From positions 87,174 through 151,173 of the forward strand of contig CAYXGG010000001.1 in the NCBI GenBank assembly GCA_964464475.1: 64,000 nucleotides of DNA. Reading direction: 5' to 3'. A program made the translations under genes and the position numbers. The stretch's first letter is position 1, and each line of letters opens with the position of its first letter. The notes beneath the pieces were generated by a model. That model saw only the letters and a list, made by a program, of their open reading frames with translations. It was not told where the DNA came from and ran no database searches. The DNA comes from an uncultured Planctomycetales bacterium. GTDB taxonomy: Bacteria > Omnitrophota > Gorgyraeia > Zapsychrales > JAHFFX01. Below, in pieces: positions 37,956 through 47,743 of the stretch.

Positions 37956-38889
37956 TGTAAGCGTCATCATAATTAGTAAAAACCGTCAAACCCTATTGCA
38001 GGAGGCCATTGGCAGTGTTTTATTGCAGACGTATCAAGATATTGAACTTATTGTCGTTGACGATGATTCGGCTGATAATACGGCCCAGATTGTTCAAGAC
38101 ATTAAATCGTCGGTGAAGATACCCATAAAATATGTAAGAATTTCTAATAGAAACGCTCGGCATGGTTTAGGATATTTGCGTAATGCCGCTATCAAATTAG
38201 CTGACGGTGAGTATATAGCTTGTTTGGATGACGACGATATCTGGTATCCACAAAAACTGCAGAAGCAATTGGAATTCTTTTCCGAGCGCCCGGAGCGTCA
38301 GTTGATTTTCTCCAACGCACTCGTTAAAGATTCTGTGTTGGGTAAGGTATCCAAATACGTGACCGAAGAATGGGCGGAGCGCCTCAAGAAAAGTTTTTAT
38401 TATAGTCTAATGGAAAAGAATTTTATCCCGTTTAGCTCAGTAATGTTCCGTCATGAAGGATTGAAAGACACTGGATTTTTTAATGAGTCAGTTGTCTATT
38501 TGGACGATTATGAATTTGTTTTAAGAATGGCGAGTATGTTTAGGATTGATTTTCTCGATGAGGTTTTGATGGATTACCGAATTCAGAACGATAATTTTAG
38601 TCATAAGAAAATTGTTAGATATTCGGCCTCCAAATTGTTTTGGGATAATTATATTCTTCCTGAGAAATTTCAGTCTGCCTTAGGTAGAAAAATTGTACGT
38701 TCGCAAAGAGCTAAGGAGAATTATTGTTTGGCCTACGCGTATCTACAGAATGGGGATTCAAGAATGGGTAAGGAATATTTATTAAATTCGATCAGGCATT
38801 GGCCTTTGTACAGTTGGCAGCAATATTACTATTTCTTGATTGCTTTGCTTCCGGAAAAAATAGTTGGTTGTTTAAGACAATATGAATGA
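37948..38889 (+). CDS. Glycosyltransferase family 2
   Basis: MPNVSVIIISKN...LIVVDDDSAD...DDDD. Confidence 0.7.
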   Translation: MPNVSVIIISKNRQTLLQEAIGSVLLQTYQDIELIVVDDDSADNTAQIVQDIKSSVKIPIKYVRISNRNARHGLGYLRNAAIKLADGEYIACLDDDDIWYPQKLQKQLEFFSERPERQLIFSNALVKDSVLGKVSKYVTEEWAERLKKSFYYSLMEKNFIPFSSVMFRHEGLKDTGFFNESVVYLDDYEFVLRMASMFRIDFLDEVLMDYRIQNDNFSHKKIVRYSASKLFWDNYILPEKFQSALGRKIVRSQRAKENYCLAYAYLQNGDSRMGKEYLLNSIRHWPLYSWQQYYYFLIALLPEKIVGCLRQYE

Positions 38890-38910
38890 TCTTGAAGGGA
38901 GATCTGAAAT

Positions 38911-39444
38911 ATGTTTGCTGATTTTCGAGTGGATGTCAGTCGCTATTTGAGAGGCAAAGGGAAGAAAGAATTGATTTATTTGATTTTTGAACAGGGGATT
39001 TGGGCGATCGCCGTTTATCGATTCGGACGCTGGGTCCGGGAGGTCAAAATTCCTATCGTTTCACGAATTCTAAAATTAATTGCCTTTTTGTTATTTAAAA
39101 ATATAGAAATACTTACGGGTATTTCTTTACCTGCAAGTGCTCGGATTGGAAAAGGTTTTTATGTCGGACATTTTGGTGGGATCATTTTGCACAGTGATGC
39201 GGTATTAGGTGAACATTGTTCGATAGGTCCAGGCGTTCTGATTGGGACCAGAGGAATGGGGAATTTAGGGGTTCCGATTCTGGGGGACAACGTTTATGTG
39301 GGTGTTGGAGCTAAATTGCTTGGGGGGATAAAGATCGGGAATAATGTTCGTATCGGCGCGAATGCCGTGGTCCTTAAAGACGTTCCAGATGATGCGACGG
39401 TCGTAGGCATTCCGGCCAGAGTCATCACTAAGAGGGAAAAATGA
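38911..39444 (+). CDS. Hexapeptide-repeat acyltransferase (serine O-acetyltransferase / WcaB / WbpD-like sugar acetyltransferase)
   Basis: Left-handed beta-helix repeats (IGPGVLIGTRG...VYVGVGAKLLGGIKIGNNVRIGANAVV), with an N-terminus like CysE. Confidence 0.7.
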   Translation: MFADFRVDVSRYLRGKGKKELIYLIFEQGIWAIAVYRFGRWVREVKIPIVSRILKLIAFLLFKNIEILTGISLPASARIGKGFYVGHFGGIILHSDAVLGEHCSIGPGVLIGTRGMGNLGVPILGDNVYVGVGAKLLGGIKIGNNVRIGANAVVLKDVPDDATVVGIPARVITKREK

Positions 39445-40847
39445 TTGGTTATTTAAAACAATTTGTTCCTCTTTCATTGTATTTATGCACTATTGCTTGC
39501 TGCCTTCTGGCCCTAACCGGAAGGCCGAAATTTGCTCTGCTTTGCGTTACTTTTTTGCTTCCTTTGCGCAATATAGTTGATAAGTTTGCTATGTATCCAG
39601 GGGGGAGCGACCTAGTTGATCTGCTCATTCTTTCTTCTATATTCGGAAGTTTTCTTTCTTCCATGATGAATAGAAACAAATTATTTTCCCCATCTTCCTT
39701 AACGGCTATTATTTTGGGAACCATCTTTTATATGTATCTTTCGGTTTGGAAGGGTTACGTGACTTTGGATTATTTCACACCCTTAGATTTTAGTGATGAT
39801 CGAGTCCAGGATTGGAAAAATTTTGTGTTGTTGCCCATTTTGTATTTCTGCGTCATTAATATTTGTAAGAAAAGAGAAGATATCTGGCAAATGTTAAAAG
39901 TCATGGCCCTCTCGGTTGCAGTTAGCGCTTACTATACGGCCAATCAAGTGACTTGGTATAGTATGGTTTCGAGAAAGAAAATTAATGGTACTTTTGTTTT
40001 TCTCGGTCCGAATGAGGTGGCCGCTTTCTTAAATGTCATGGCTTTGGTTGCGATTGCTTTCTTTTTTGTAGTTAAGGGTAAGAAAATTAAATTATTTCTG
40101 GCCGGGCTCATCACGGTAAAGATTTTCTGTATTTTGTTCCTTTTCTCTCGTGCCGCTTACATGGGGTTAGTGGCCGGATGCACGCTTTTATTCGCTTTCA
40201 AAAAACCATGGTTGTTGGTGCCGTTATTTATAGTAGCCGTTTTTTGGGAATCTATTCTCCCGCATGATGTTATTGTCCGTATTACAGAGACGACCGATGA
40301 ATATGGACAGCTTGAAGAATCGGCAGAACATCGCGTGCTTATTTGGCAAGATAGCATTGATTTGTGGCAGCAGGATCCTGTTTTTGGCATAGGTTTTGGT
40401 GCCTTTAGGAAAATGGGATTGATCCTTGGGGACACACACAATATTTATTTAAAAATTCTTTCAGAACAGGGCTTAGTGGGAATACTTTTCTTTGCTTTAT
40501 TGATTTTTGGATTAATAAGAGAAGGGCTTCGTTTAGTTAAAATGAGTAAAGAAGAGCTTGCTCAGGGACTTGGGTATGGACTGGCTTTTGGGGTCGTAGT
40601 CATCTTAGTAAATAATTTCTTTGGTGATCGCTGGACTTATCTTGAAATGGCTGCGTATTACTGGATTATTGCGGGATTGACTACCTCAATGATCAATATT
40701 TTAAAGAATAATAGTACTTCAGAAATTTCAACGCCTCCTTCGCGTAAAAAGAAGATAAAGAGAAGCAAAACTAGCCTGCCAACTTATATCGACCCCGAGA
40801 GAACACTGCCTAGGACAAATTCTAATTCTCGGCCGAACACGCGTTAA
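39441..40847 (+). CDS. O-antigen ligase / Wzy_C-domain polymerase-like membrane protein (exosortase-system-associated type)
   Basis: About 10 transmembrane helices and a periplasmic loop with HRVLIWQDSIDLWQQDPVFGIGFGAF (Wzy_C motif). Basic C-terminal tail. Confidence 0.65.
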   Translation: MIGYLKQFVPLSLYLCTIACCLLALTGRPKFALLCVTFLLPLRNIVDKFAMYPGGSDLVDLLILSSIFGSFLSSMMNRNKLFSPSSLTAIILGTIFYMYLSVWKGYVTLDYFTPLDFSDDRVQDWKNFVLLPILYFCVINICKKREDIWQMLKVMALSVAVSAYYTANQVTWYSMVSRKKINGTFVFLGPNEVAAFLNVMALVAIAFFFVVKGKKIKLFLAGLITVKIFCILFLFSRAAYMGLVAGCTLLFAFKKPWLLVPLFIVAVFWESILPHDVIVRITETTDEYGQLEESAEHRVLIWQDSIDLWQQDPVFGIGFGAFRKMGLILGDTHNIYLKILSEQGLVGILFFALLIFGLIREGLRLVKMSKEELAQGLGYGLAFGVVVILVNNFFGDRWTYLEMAAYYWIIAGLTTSMINILKNNSTSEISTPPSRKKKIKRSKTSLPTYIDPERTLPRTNSNSRPNTR

Positions 40848-40868
40848 TCCCAATTAAAATTTCTAAAA

Positions 40869-42002
40869 ATGAAAAGGCATTTGGTGTTATTGACGGATTG
40901 CTTAGAGGATGTTGAGGCTGGCGCCGAGCGGCAGATCTTTGAACTGGCGAATAGAATCCATAAGGATCAATATCGGGTGACGGTTGTGAGTTTAGGTTTA
41001 CCACCCAAAGAAAGGGTTAAAGTTCTTTTAGCCAAGGGAGGTGTTCAATTCTTGCATTGGCCGGTAAAAAGAATTTATGGATGGTCAGGGTTAATTCAGG
41101 GGATGCGGTTTCGTGCTTTCTTGGTAAAGGAAAAGGTTGATATCTTGCAGACGTATCATTTTGGGTCTGATATCTGGGGTGCTTTGTGGGGCTCGCTGGC
41201 AGGAGTTAAAAACATTATTTCTAATCGACGCGATATGGGGTTTTGGCGCAAGACATCGCATATCGTCACGTATAAATTATTGAATGGTAACGTTAAGAAA
41301 ATTGTGACTGTGACGGCCTCGGTGAAGCAGTTGGTTCAAGAGACCGAAGGTGTTGCTGAACAGAAGGTGGATGTCATTTATAACGGCGTTGAGTTAACTT
41401 TTACGGAAAGATCAAATACCGATATCATTGTCGAGCGAGCTCAGTTGGGCATTGGGCCTAAGGATTTGGTCGTTGTCCACGTGGCTAATATTCGCCCCGT
41501 TAAAGGGCACAAATATCTCATCGCCGCCATGCAAGAAGTCGTCAAAAAGCACCCTAATCTTAAATTGCTTTTGATCGGCGATGATACCCAAGATGGAGAG
41601 ATGCAAGAATTAGTTGCTCAGAAGAATTTAGAACAACATATTTTGTTCTTGGGTAAACGTCAGGATGCAAGAATGTTGGTTGATTTGGCAGATATTTGCG
41701 TTTTGCCTTCCTTAAGTGAAGGGATGTCCAATGCCATTCTCGAATATATGGCTGCGGGAAAGCCGGTCATTGCCAGTGCCGTGGGAGGAAATCCTGAATT
41801 AATAACTCCAGAGGTTAACGGTTTATTAGTGCCAGCCAAAGATTCCTCAGCGTTAGCTGCGGCCTTACAAAAATTGATTGAATCGCCAGAATCTCGCGCT
41901 CGCATGGGGCAGTCAGGTCTGGCGAAAGTTCAATCTGAGTTTACGATGGCAACGATGATCCATAAATACGAAAGACTTTACGATGCCTGCTTCGGGTCCT
42001 AA
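40869..42002 (+). CDS. Glycosyltransferase family 4
   Basis: EGMSNAILEYMAAGKPVIASAVGG. Confidence 0.7.
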   Translation: MKRHLVLLTDCLEDVEAGAERQIFELANRIHKDQYRVTVVSLGLPPKERVKVLLAKGGVQFLHWPVKRIYGWSGLIQGMRFRAFLVKEKVDILQTYHFGSDIWGALWGSLAGVKNIISNRRDMGFWRKTSHIVTYKLLNGNVKKIVTVTASVKQLVQETEGVAEQKVDVIYNGVELTFTERSNTDIIVERAQLGIGPKDLVVVHVANIRPVKGHKYLIAAMQEVVKKHPNLKLLLIGDDTQDGEMQELVAQKNLEQHILFLGKRQDARMLVDLADICVLPSLSEGMSNAILEYMAAGKPVIASAVGGNPELITPEVNGLLVPAKDSSALAAALQKLIESPESRARMGQSGLAKVQSEFTMATMIHKYERLYDACFGS

Positions 42003-43104
42003 GAAAGTTTTACATTTTATTAGCAGTAGCGGTTTATTTGGAGCGGAGCAGGTACTATTAACGCTTTGTCGAGGAGCTGACCGTAGTCAATATGAATTGA
42101 TAGTCGCGGCCTTAGAAGATCAACGTTCGCCGAATACGGCTATCCTGCAAGCCGCAGAAGCATTAGGCATTGCGACCTTTAAATTATCAAGCCGAGGTCG
42201 CTTTGACTTGGCTGCGGTGAAGGCTTTGTTGGAATTATTGCGATCACAACAAATTGATTTGATTCACTCGCATAATTATAAGTCCAATATGATTGCTTGG
42301 TTGGCGTCATTGAGGCAAAAAGTCGCTTTGTTATCCACGGCACATGGCTATACAGGTGTCTCGACTGCCGTCAAGATGTATGAAGCCTGTGACCGGTGGA
42401 TTTTACGGAACTTTTTTGACCGGGTTGTGGTCGTTGCTGATTCCATATTATTTAATTGGGTTTCTCAGAAGAAAGTAACCATTTGCAACGGAATTGATAT
42501 TCAGCGTTATAAGCTAATTAAAGAAGAAGGGAACTCTTGGCGTAAAAAATGGGGTATTGCGCCAGACGATTTGGTGATTGGATCGGTCGGGCGATTAAGT
42601 CTTGAAAAAAATTATGTTTTGTTATTGAAGGCGGTTCTTCGAGTTTTAAAGGCTAACTCAAAAGTGAAAGTTTTGTTGGTGGGGGATGGACCTCAAAGGC
42701 AGGAATTAAGTCAATTTATTAATGAACATGGTTTGCAAAAGCGGGTTATTTTGGCTGGTTTGCAACCTAATACTGCGCCACTTTATCAAGTCATGGATAT
42801 TTTTGTCCTGTGTTCAACCACCGAGGGAGTTCCTATGGTCTTAGCTGAAGCGATGGCCGCTGGGGTTCCGATTATTGCGACCAAAGTCGGAGGAGTCTCG
42901 AAAATGTTGGAAGAAGGAAAAAATGGTTGCTTGGTTGATTCTCAGGATGAATTGGGATTAACGGAAGCATTAGAGGAATTGCTAGCCAAGCCGGAGAAAC
43001 GCGCGCAGCTAATAATCAACGCGCAATTGACGGTAGAAAATAATTATTCAGCATCTCGGATGTGTAAACAATATCAACAGCTCTATGAGGAAATATTGCG
43101 ATGA
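41983..43104 (+). CDS. Glycosyltransferase family 4
   Basis: EGVPMVLAEAMAAGVPIIATKVGG. Confidence 0.7.
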   Translation: MPASGPKKVLHFISSSGLFGAEQVLLTLCRGADRSQYELIVAALEDQRSPNTAILQAAEALGIATFKLSSRGRFDLAAVKALLELLRSQQIDLIHSHNYKSNMIAWLASLRQKVALLSTAHGYTGVSTAVKMYEACDRWILRNFFDRVVVVADSILFNWVSQKKVTICNGIDIQRYKLIKEEGNSWRKKWGIAPDDLVIGSVGRLSLEKNYVLLLKAVLRVLKANSKVKVLLVGDGPQRQELSQFINEHGLQKRVILAGLQPNTAPLYQVMDIFVLCSTTEGVPMVLAEAMAAGVPIIATKVGGVSKMLEEGKNGCLVDSQDELGLTEALEELLAKPEKRAQLIINAQLTVENNYSASRMCKQYQQLYEEILR

Positions 43105-44303
43105 TGCGTGTGCTTTTTTTAGCGCCCCGTTTACCGATACCGGCAGACACCGGGGGTAAAATTCGGACGCTCAATATACTTAAACAGATGACGAAGTGGG
43201 CTCAGGTGCATTTGGCATGTTTTTCTTTTGATGCCGCTGACAAAGAGCATGTTCCTTCTTTAGCTAGGTTAGGAGTAGAGGTTACTTTAGTCCCTTTGGG
43301 TGAATCATCTTTCTTGCAGAAAGTGTTAGGGGTGGTCATCGCTCCTTTGCCATTTTCGATTGGAAAATACAATTCGGCCCAAATGGTTGAAGCGCTTAAA
43401 GCGCTGAGAGTTCATCAGGGTTTCGACGCGGTGCATATCGATCATTTACATATGGCACATTATCGCTCTTTGTTTGACGGATTACCGACGGTGATGGATG
43501 AACACAATGTGGAGTACATGATTTTAAATCGTTGTGCTAAGGTTGAGAAAAAGTTGGCGAAGAAAATTATTTATGAACAACAAGCCGGCAAAATGAAAGC
43601 TTTTGAGAAAAAACAAGCGTCAGCGTTTAGTCGGGTCCTGGCGGTATCTCAGGATGATCGAAAGATTTTGCTTGAGTTAAACGATGCTCAAGTTCCGGTG
43701 GAAGTGATCCCTAATGGAGTGGATACGGATTTCTTTCAGTCAGAGCCGCAACGATATGCCTCTGAGAAGGCTATTGTTTTTACGGGTTCCTTGGATTGGC
43801 TGCCTAATGAAGATGCGGTAGTGTGGTTTGGTAACGAAATTTTACCTCTTATTTGGCAGCAAATGCCTGAAGTGAAGTTTTATGTAGTAGGAAAATCTCC
43901 TTCGCCACAAATTCTGGCTCTACAGCATAAGGATGCTCGGGTGATCGTTACCGGGCGGGTGGATGACGTTCGACCGGTCATGGATAAGGCTCAGGTTTTT
44001 GTTTGTCCTATTCGGGTTGGGGGAGGGACGCGTTTAAAGATCCTTGAAGCCATGTCGATGAAGAAAGCGGTTGTTTCGACGACCATTGGGGCCGAAGGTA
44101 TTGCTCATACCAATGGCAAGAATATTATTCTGGCGGATGATGTTTCGTCCTTTGCCGAGGCGACGCTAAAATTGTTGCGAGATCCGGCGGCCTGCGTGAA
44201 GCTTGGGGCCGCCGGTCGTGAACTAGTCACCGGTCAATATGATTGGAATTTTGTCGGACGAACGTTAAGCGTGATTTATCATGAACTCATCGCGGGTCGT
44301 TAG
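43101..44303 (+). CDS. Glycosyltransferase family 4 (PEP-CTERM/exosortase-associated sugar transferase Stp1-like)
   Basis: The N-terminus (RVLFLAPRLPIPADTGGKIRTLNILK) matches the Stp1-type start; GT-B fold. Confidence 0.7.
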   Translation: MMRVLFLAPRLPIPADTGGKIRTLNILKQMTKWAQVHLACFSFDAADKEHVPSLARLGVEVTLVPLGESSFLQKVLGVVIAPLPFSIGKYNSAQMVEALKALRVHQGFDAVHIDHLHMAHYRSLFDGLPTVMDEHNVEYMILNRCAKVEKKLAKKIIYEQQAGKMKAFEKKQASAFSRVLAVSQDDRKILLELNDAQVPVEVIPNGVDTDFFQSEPQRYASEKAIVFTGSLDWLPNEDAVVWFGNEILPLIWQQMPEVKFYVVGKSPSPQILALQHKDARVIVTGRVDDVRPVMDKAQVFVCPIRVGGGTRLKILEAMSMKKAVVSTTIGAEGIAHTNGKNIILADDVSSFAEATLKLLRDPAACVKLGAAGRELVTGQYDWNFVGRTLSVIYHELIAGR

Positions 44304-45861
44304 ATGCTTGGTCTTTTTATTAGGAATGGTCGTCGGGGCAGGTTGCGCGGCGATAGGAGTATATAAATTATATAAAATTTACAAACATAGAAAAGTAACC
44401 TCCCAGTCCTATCGGGATGCCTCACAGTCGGTTGCTGAACATTGTGCCGAGTATCAATTAAATTTAGAAGTCGACGCGCGAAAACCCCTCCATAAGATTA
44501 GTCCACTGCTGTATGGCTCTAACCTAACTCCCAAAACGGAATACGAGAAAGACGTTATTGATTTAAGTAAAGAATTAGGAATTACGAATTTTCGTTTCCC
44601 TGGCGGCGAATCCAATGGTTATCGTTGGCAAACCGGTGATTTTGATTTTGACGATCGTTTAGATGACGCGCCGCTGTCAGATTTAGAACATGTAATTGAA
44701 TTTGTTAAGATGGGTGGCCAATCTTTAGTTATCCAAGTCAATCTAGAATCGGGGACGCCTCAGGAAGCTGCGGAATGGGTGAGGCGCATGAATAAGGTTA
44801 GCGGCTTTAGAGTTGACTATTGGGAAATCGGCAATGAGCCCTATGGGGATTGGGATCGGGCTTTCCGTTCTCCAGAAGAATATGCGGCCAACATTAGAGA
44901 TTATGCCAGGGCCATGAAAGCTGTTGATCCTACCATCAAGATTGGTGCCAGTTTAGGGGGACCCAATTATCCAGTTTTTGATCGAACCGTCATTAAAGAA
45001 GCTGGAGATTTCTTTGATTTTATTTCTTATCATTGGTATCCCAATCATACGAATAAAAACACGCCCTACTTAAATCGTTTGCATCCCTTGCCGGAAGAAG
45101 TGATGGCTAATGGGTTGGCGATTGAGCCTTTGGTAAAAAGATTCCGGCGTTTAATTGCGCGGTATGCTCCGCAGCGTGTGGACAAGATTGACATCGGTAT
45201 CCTGGAGTGGGATGGTTCTTGGGATGGCGCTGCTTCGGACCTGAATTTTGAATATAAAGGTGAAATGTGGGCGCTATCTAACGCAATCTTTTTTGCTGAT
45301 GCGTTAGGTCTGATGGCGACCCAGCAAGTGGTGTTGGCCAATCAATATTCTTATCAAGAAGTCATGCATGGCCTTATTCGCGGATGGGATCGGAAGGCCG
45401 GATGGGGTGGTAGTCGTTGGGATGGTCAGACGATCCGTCCTAAAGGCTTGGCTTTTCAATTGTTGGCTCGCTCATTTGGAAATGAGTTGCTCAGAAGTCA
45501 TTTGAGTGGCTCGCCAGCCTACAATAAAGAAACCGATTGGCGGGCAGATTCTTTTGTCGGGAAGGTTCCCTACGTGACGGCTTATGCCAGTCAATATTCG
45601 CACAACAAGAAGGTCGCAGTGCTGATTGTTAATAAGCATAGCTCCTGTGAGTTTGCCGTTAATTTAGAGGTCCAGGGGGGTAAGCTGGGGAACCTAGCAA
45701 GCTGGCAAAAGATTACCGGGCCAACGTTATCCGCTCAGAACGATGGGGCTCCCGGGACAGTTATGATCGCGCCGGGAGATGTTGCTGAACAAAAAATTCC
45801 CTCTCAGTTGAAAATTGCTCCACGATCCATAAATTTATTTGAGCTAAATTTAGAAAAATGA
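44281..45861 (+). CDS. Membrane-anchored glycoside hydrolase (clan GH-A TIM barrel; PslG/GH39-GH5-like EPS glycanase)
   Basis: N-terminal transmembrane anchor. WEIGNEPYGDW carries the catalytic acid (NEP). The (beta/alpha)8 pattern is about 480 aa. Confidence 0.6.
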   Translation: MNSSRVVRCLVFLLGMVVGAGCAAIGVYKLYKIYKHRKVTSQSYRDASQSVAEHCAEYQLNLEVDARKPLHKISPLLYGSNLTPKTEYEKDVIDLSKELGITNFRFPGGESNGYRWQTGDFDFDDRLDDAPLSDLEHVIEFVKMGGQSLVIQVNLESGTPQEAAEWVRRMNKVSGFRVDYWEIGNEPYGDWDRAFRSPEEYAANIRDYARAMKAVDPTIKIGASLGGPNYPVFDRTVIKEAGDFFDFISYHWYPNHTNKNTPYLNRLHPLPEEVMANGLAIEPLVKRFRRLIARYAPQRVDKIDIGILEWDGSWDGAASDLNFEYKGEMWALSNAIFFADALGLMATQQVVLANQYSYQEVMHGLIRGWDRKAGWGGSRWDGQTIRPKGLAFQLLARSFGNELLRSHLSGSPAYNKETDWRADSFVGKVPYVTAYASQYSHNKKVAVLIVNKHSSCEFAVNLEVQGGKLGNLASWQKITGPTLSAQNDGAPGTVMIAPGDVAEQKIPSQLKIAPRSINLFELNLEK

Positions 45862-46505
45862 GTATAATGGGACCCTCGTTAAAGAAAGTTTTTGTTAGTG
45901 GTTTGCTAACCGGAATGATGATGGTCGCTCTTGGGGCGTCGGGTGGGGTGATGCTGTATCGTTCTTTTACTCATGGCGATGGATTAGGATACCTAAAGTA
46001 TTACTATAAAAAGTTCAAAGCATCAACGGCGCCGATAGGAAAGAAAACGGAATTTTTATTAGATTTTGAAGATTCAAAAGATAGTGTGTTCTTTAAATCC
46101 AGTGACGGCGGTATCATCCAGGTGATAGATTTGCCGGAGGGTAAAGGAAAGGCGCTCAGTTTCCAATCGGATCGAGCTGTCGGTTTCCCGGGCATTGTTT
46201 GGCAAGAGTATTCAGCTGCTGAGTGTTTCAACTGGAGGTCAAAGAGGAGTCTGGAATTTGATGTGTTTAATAGCGGCGATCATCAGATCGCTTTGCACGT
46301 AAAAGTCAAGAATGGATTAGATCGTGACGTTAGATCAGAGGATCAAGTTTTTTACCTTAGACCGCAGGCCTGGGAGCATATTTCACTGTCATTGCTGAGT
46401 GGTCCGGGTGCAAAAGAATTCAATTGTGTTTCGTATCTTAAGATTTTTGTGGAACGCCCTCCGCAGGCGGTGAATATACTGGTAGATAATTTTTCTTTGA
46501 ATTAA
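45858..46505 (+). CDS. Membrane-anchored beta-sandwich protein (possible carbohydrate-binding module); unknown function
   Basis: N-terminal transmembrane segment then a ~170-aa beta-rich domain. Start overlaps the preceding stop by 4 nt. Confidence 0.4.
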   Translation: MSIMGPSLKKVFVSGLLTGMMMVALGASGGVMLYRSFTHGDGLGYLKYYYKKFKASTAPIGKKTEFLLDFEDSKDSVFFKSSDGGIIQVIDLPEGKGKALSFQSDRAVGFPGIVWQEYSAAECFNWRSKRSLEFDVFNSGDHQIALHVKVKNGLDRDVRSEDQVFYLRPQAWEHISLSLLSGPGAKEFNCVSYLKIFVERPPQAVNILVDNFSLN

Positions 46506-46525
46506 TAGTTGATTATTTCTAGATT

Positions 46526-47287
46526 ATGGGTTCTAATCATTCAGTCGTATTGATGTATCATGCCGTGATTCGGGACAAATACCAAATTCCTCCCGATCGC
46601 GAAGATGGCGCTGAGCTTTATGATTTAGCGGTAGAAGCTTTTGCGGACCATTTAAGGCAAATTAAAGCAGAAGGAATTTCGGTCATCAAAGCCGAAGATT
46701 TGAAGAAGGAGGAGGGGGTCATCATCACGTTTGATGATGGCGAAATGAATAATTATACTGAGGCTTTCCCGCTACTAAAGCAATTTGGGTTCCCCGGTTA
46801 TTTTTTCATCACTGCCGATCGCATAGGTAAGTCAGGTTACATGGACTGGCCCCAGCTTAAAGAATTATGCCAGGCTGGAATGGTGATTGGTTCCCATGGT
46901 CTCACCCACCGTGTCCTTACTTCATTAAATCCATCCGAGCTTCATCAAGAGCTCTTTGAGTCAAAACGCATTTTAGAGGCCCATTTGGGGCAAATGGTTG
47001 ATTCTTTTTCGGTGCCTAGGGGTTTTGTTTCTCTATTAGTAGCTGAGCAAGCCAGGCAGGCCGGTTATAGGCATATTTTCATTTCTGGAAGCGGTCCCAA
47101 GAATTGGGGAAATCTGATAGCGCGAACGGCCGTAAAGTCAAATTGGACTCAGCAAAGATTTTCTTTGGCTTTAATTGGTAAGGTACCTTTGCAAGAACAG
47201 ATTTTTGAAGGGGTTAAAGCTGCTAGTAAACGCTTTCTGGGGCAAGCTGGATATAATTCGTTAAGATCAAAATTGTTGGGTAAATAA
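46526..47287 (+). CDS. Polysaccharide deacetylase (NodB homology, PEP-CTERM-locus type)
   Basis: TFDDG, HGLTHR and the HSVLMYHAV motifs. Confidence 0.75.
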   Translation: MGSNHSVVLMYHAVIRDKYQIPPDREDGAELYDLAVEAFADHLRQIKAEGISVIKAEDLKKEEGVIITFDDGEMNNYTEAFPLLKQFGFPGYFFITADRIGKSGYMDWPQLKELCQAGMVIGSHGLTHRVLTSLNPSELHQELFESKRILEAHLGQMVDSFSVPRGFVSLLVAEQARQAGYRHIFISGSGPKNWGNLIARTAVKSNWTQQRFSLALIGKVPLQEQIFEGVKAASKRFLGQAGYNSLRSKLLGK

Positions 47288-47369
47288 AAGGAATAATTAA
47301 TTCTCTAACTAATTGCAGTAAATAAACTTATAATTCTGTTAGAGTTTTTAGTTATTTTCTGCTGGGGAT

Positions 47370-47397
47370 TTGACAACTGGAGGAGGGGTGCTATACT
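47370..47397 (+). promoter_or_regulatory. Sigma-70 promoter driving the riboswitch leader
   Basis: TTGACA-N16-TATACT. Confidence 0.5.
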
Positions 47398-47439
47398 TTC
47401 GGCTGAAAGAAGTTCTCGATCTTTAAATAGCTGACTGAT

Positions 47440-47580
47440 ACTAGTAAACCATTCGGAAGAGTGGGACACAAAGCTAACCATGCTTTCTAGAGGTTCTTAA
47501 GGAAGCAGGTGCTCCAGTCCGTAGATGGCTGGAGTAGGGCCTAACCCCGTGTTGTGGATGTTGCCGGGCAGGTTGCCAGT
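47440..47580 (+). promoter_or_regulatory. Candidate c-di-GMP-I (GEMM) riboswitch aptamer
   Basis: GUAAACCAUUCGGAAGAGUGGGACACAAAGC reproduces the GEMM junction elements. These are the G-CAAA junction, a P2 hairpin CCAUUC-GGAA-GAGUGG with a GNRA loop, and GAC-ACAAAGC. It is followed by a CUCCAG...CUGGAGUAGG hairpin and a CCUAACC receptor-like element. From memory it closely resembles V. cholerae Vc2 (CAAACCAUUCGAAAGAGUGGGACGCAAAGCC). Confidence 0.45.
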
Positions 47581-47641
47581 TGCCAAAGCAGAGATAAGAT
47601 CGGTTAAATTAGCCGTTGTTAAGCTTTTAACTGATAATTGA

Positions 47642-47690
47642 CCTATTCTCAAAGGCGTGTCCATGTTCCGAGAGTAGGTTTTTTTATTTT
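47642..47690 (+). terminator. Intrinsic terminator (riboswitch expression platform)
   Basis: CCTATTCTC-19 nt-GAGAGTAGG followed by TTTTTTTATTTT, 54 bp before the ATG of the beta-helix gene. Confidence 0.55.
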
Positions 47691-47743
47691 ATGAGAAAAA
47701 ATTTCATCTATTCATTATCCAGGTTTCAGAAAGGGGTGCAACG

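Noticed and set aside
47490-47560. GGAAGCAGG/GCCGGGCAGG strings reminiscent of SRP RNA domain IV
   Set aside because: Only short matches; no convincing helix-8 or symmetric-loop arrangement. The region is better explained as part of the riboswitch candidate.
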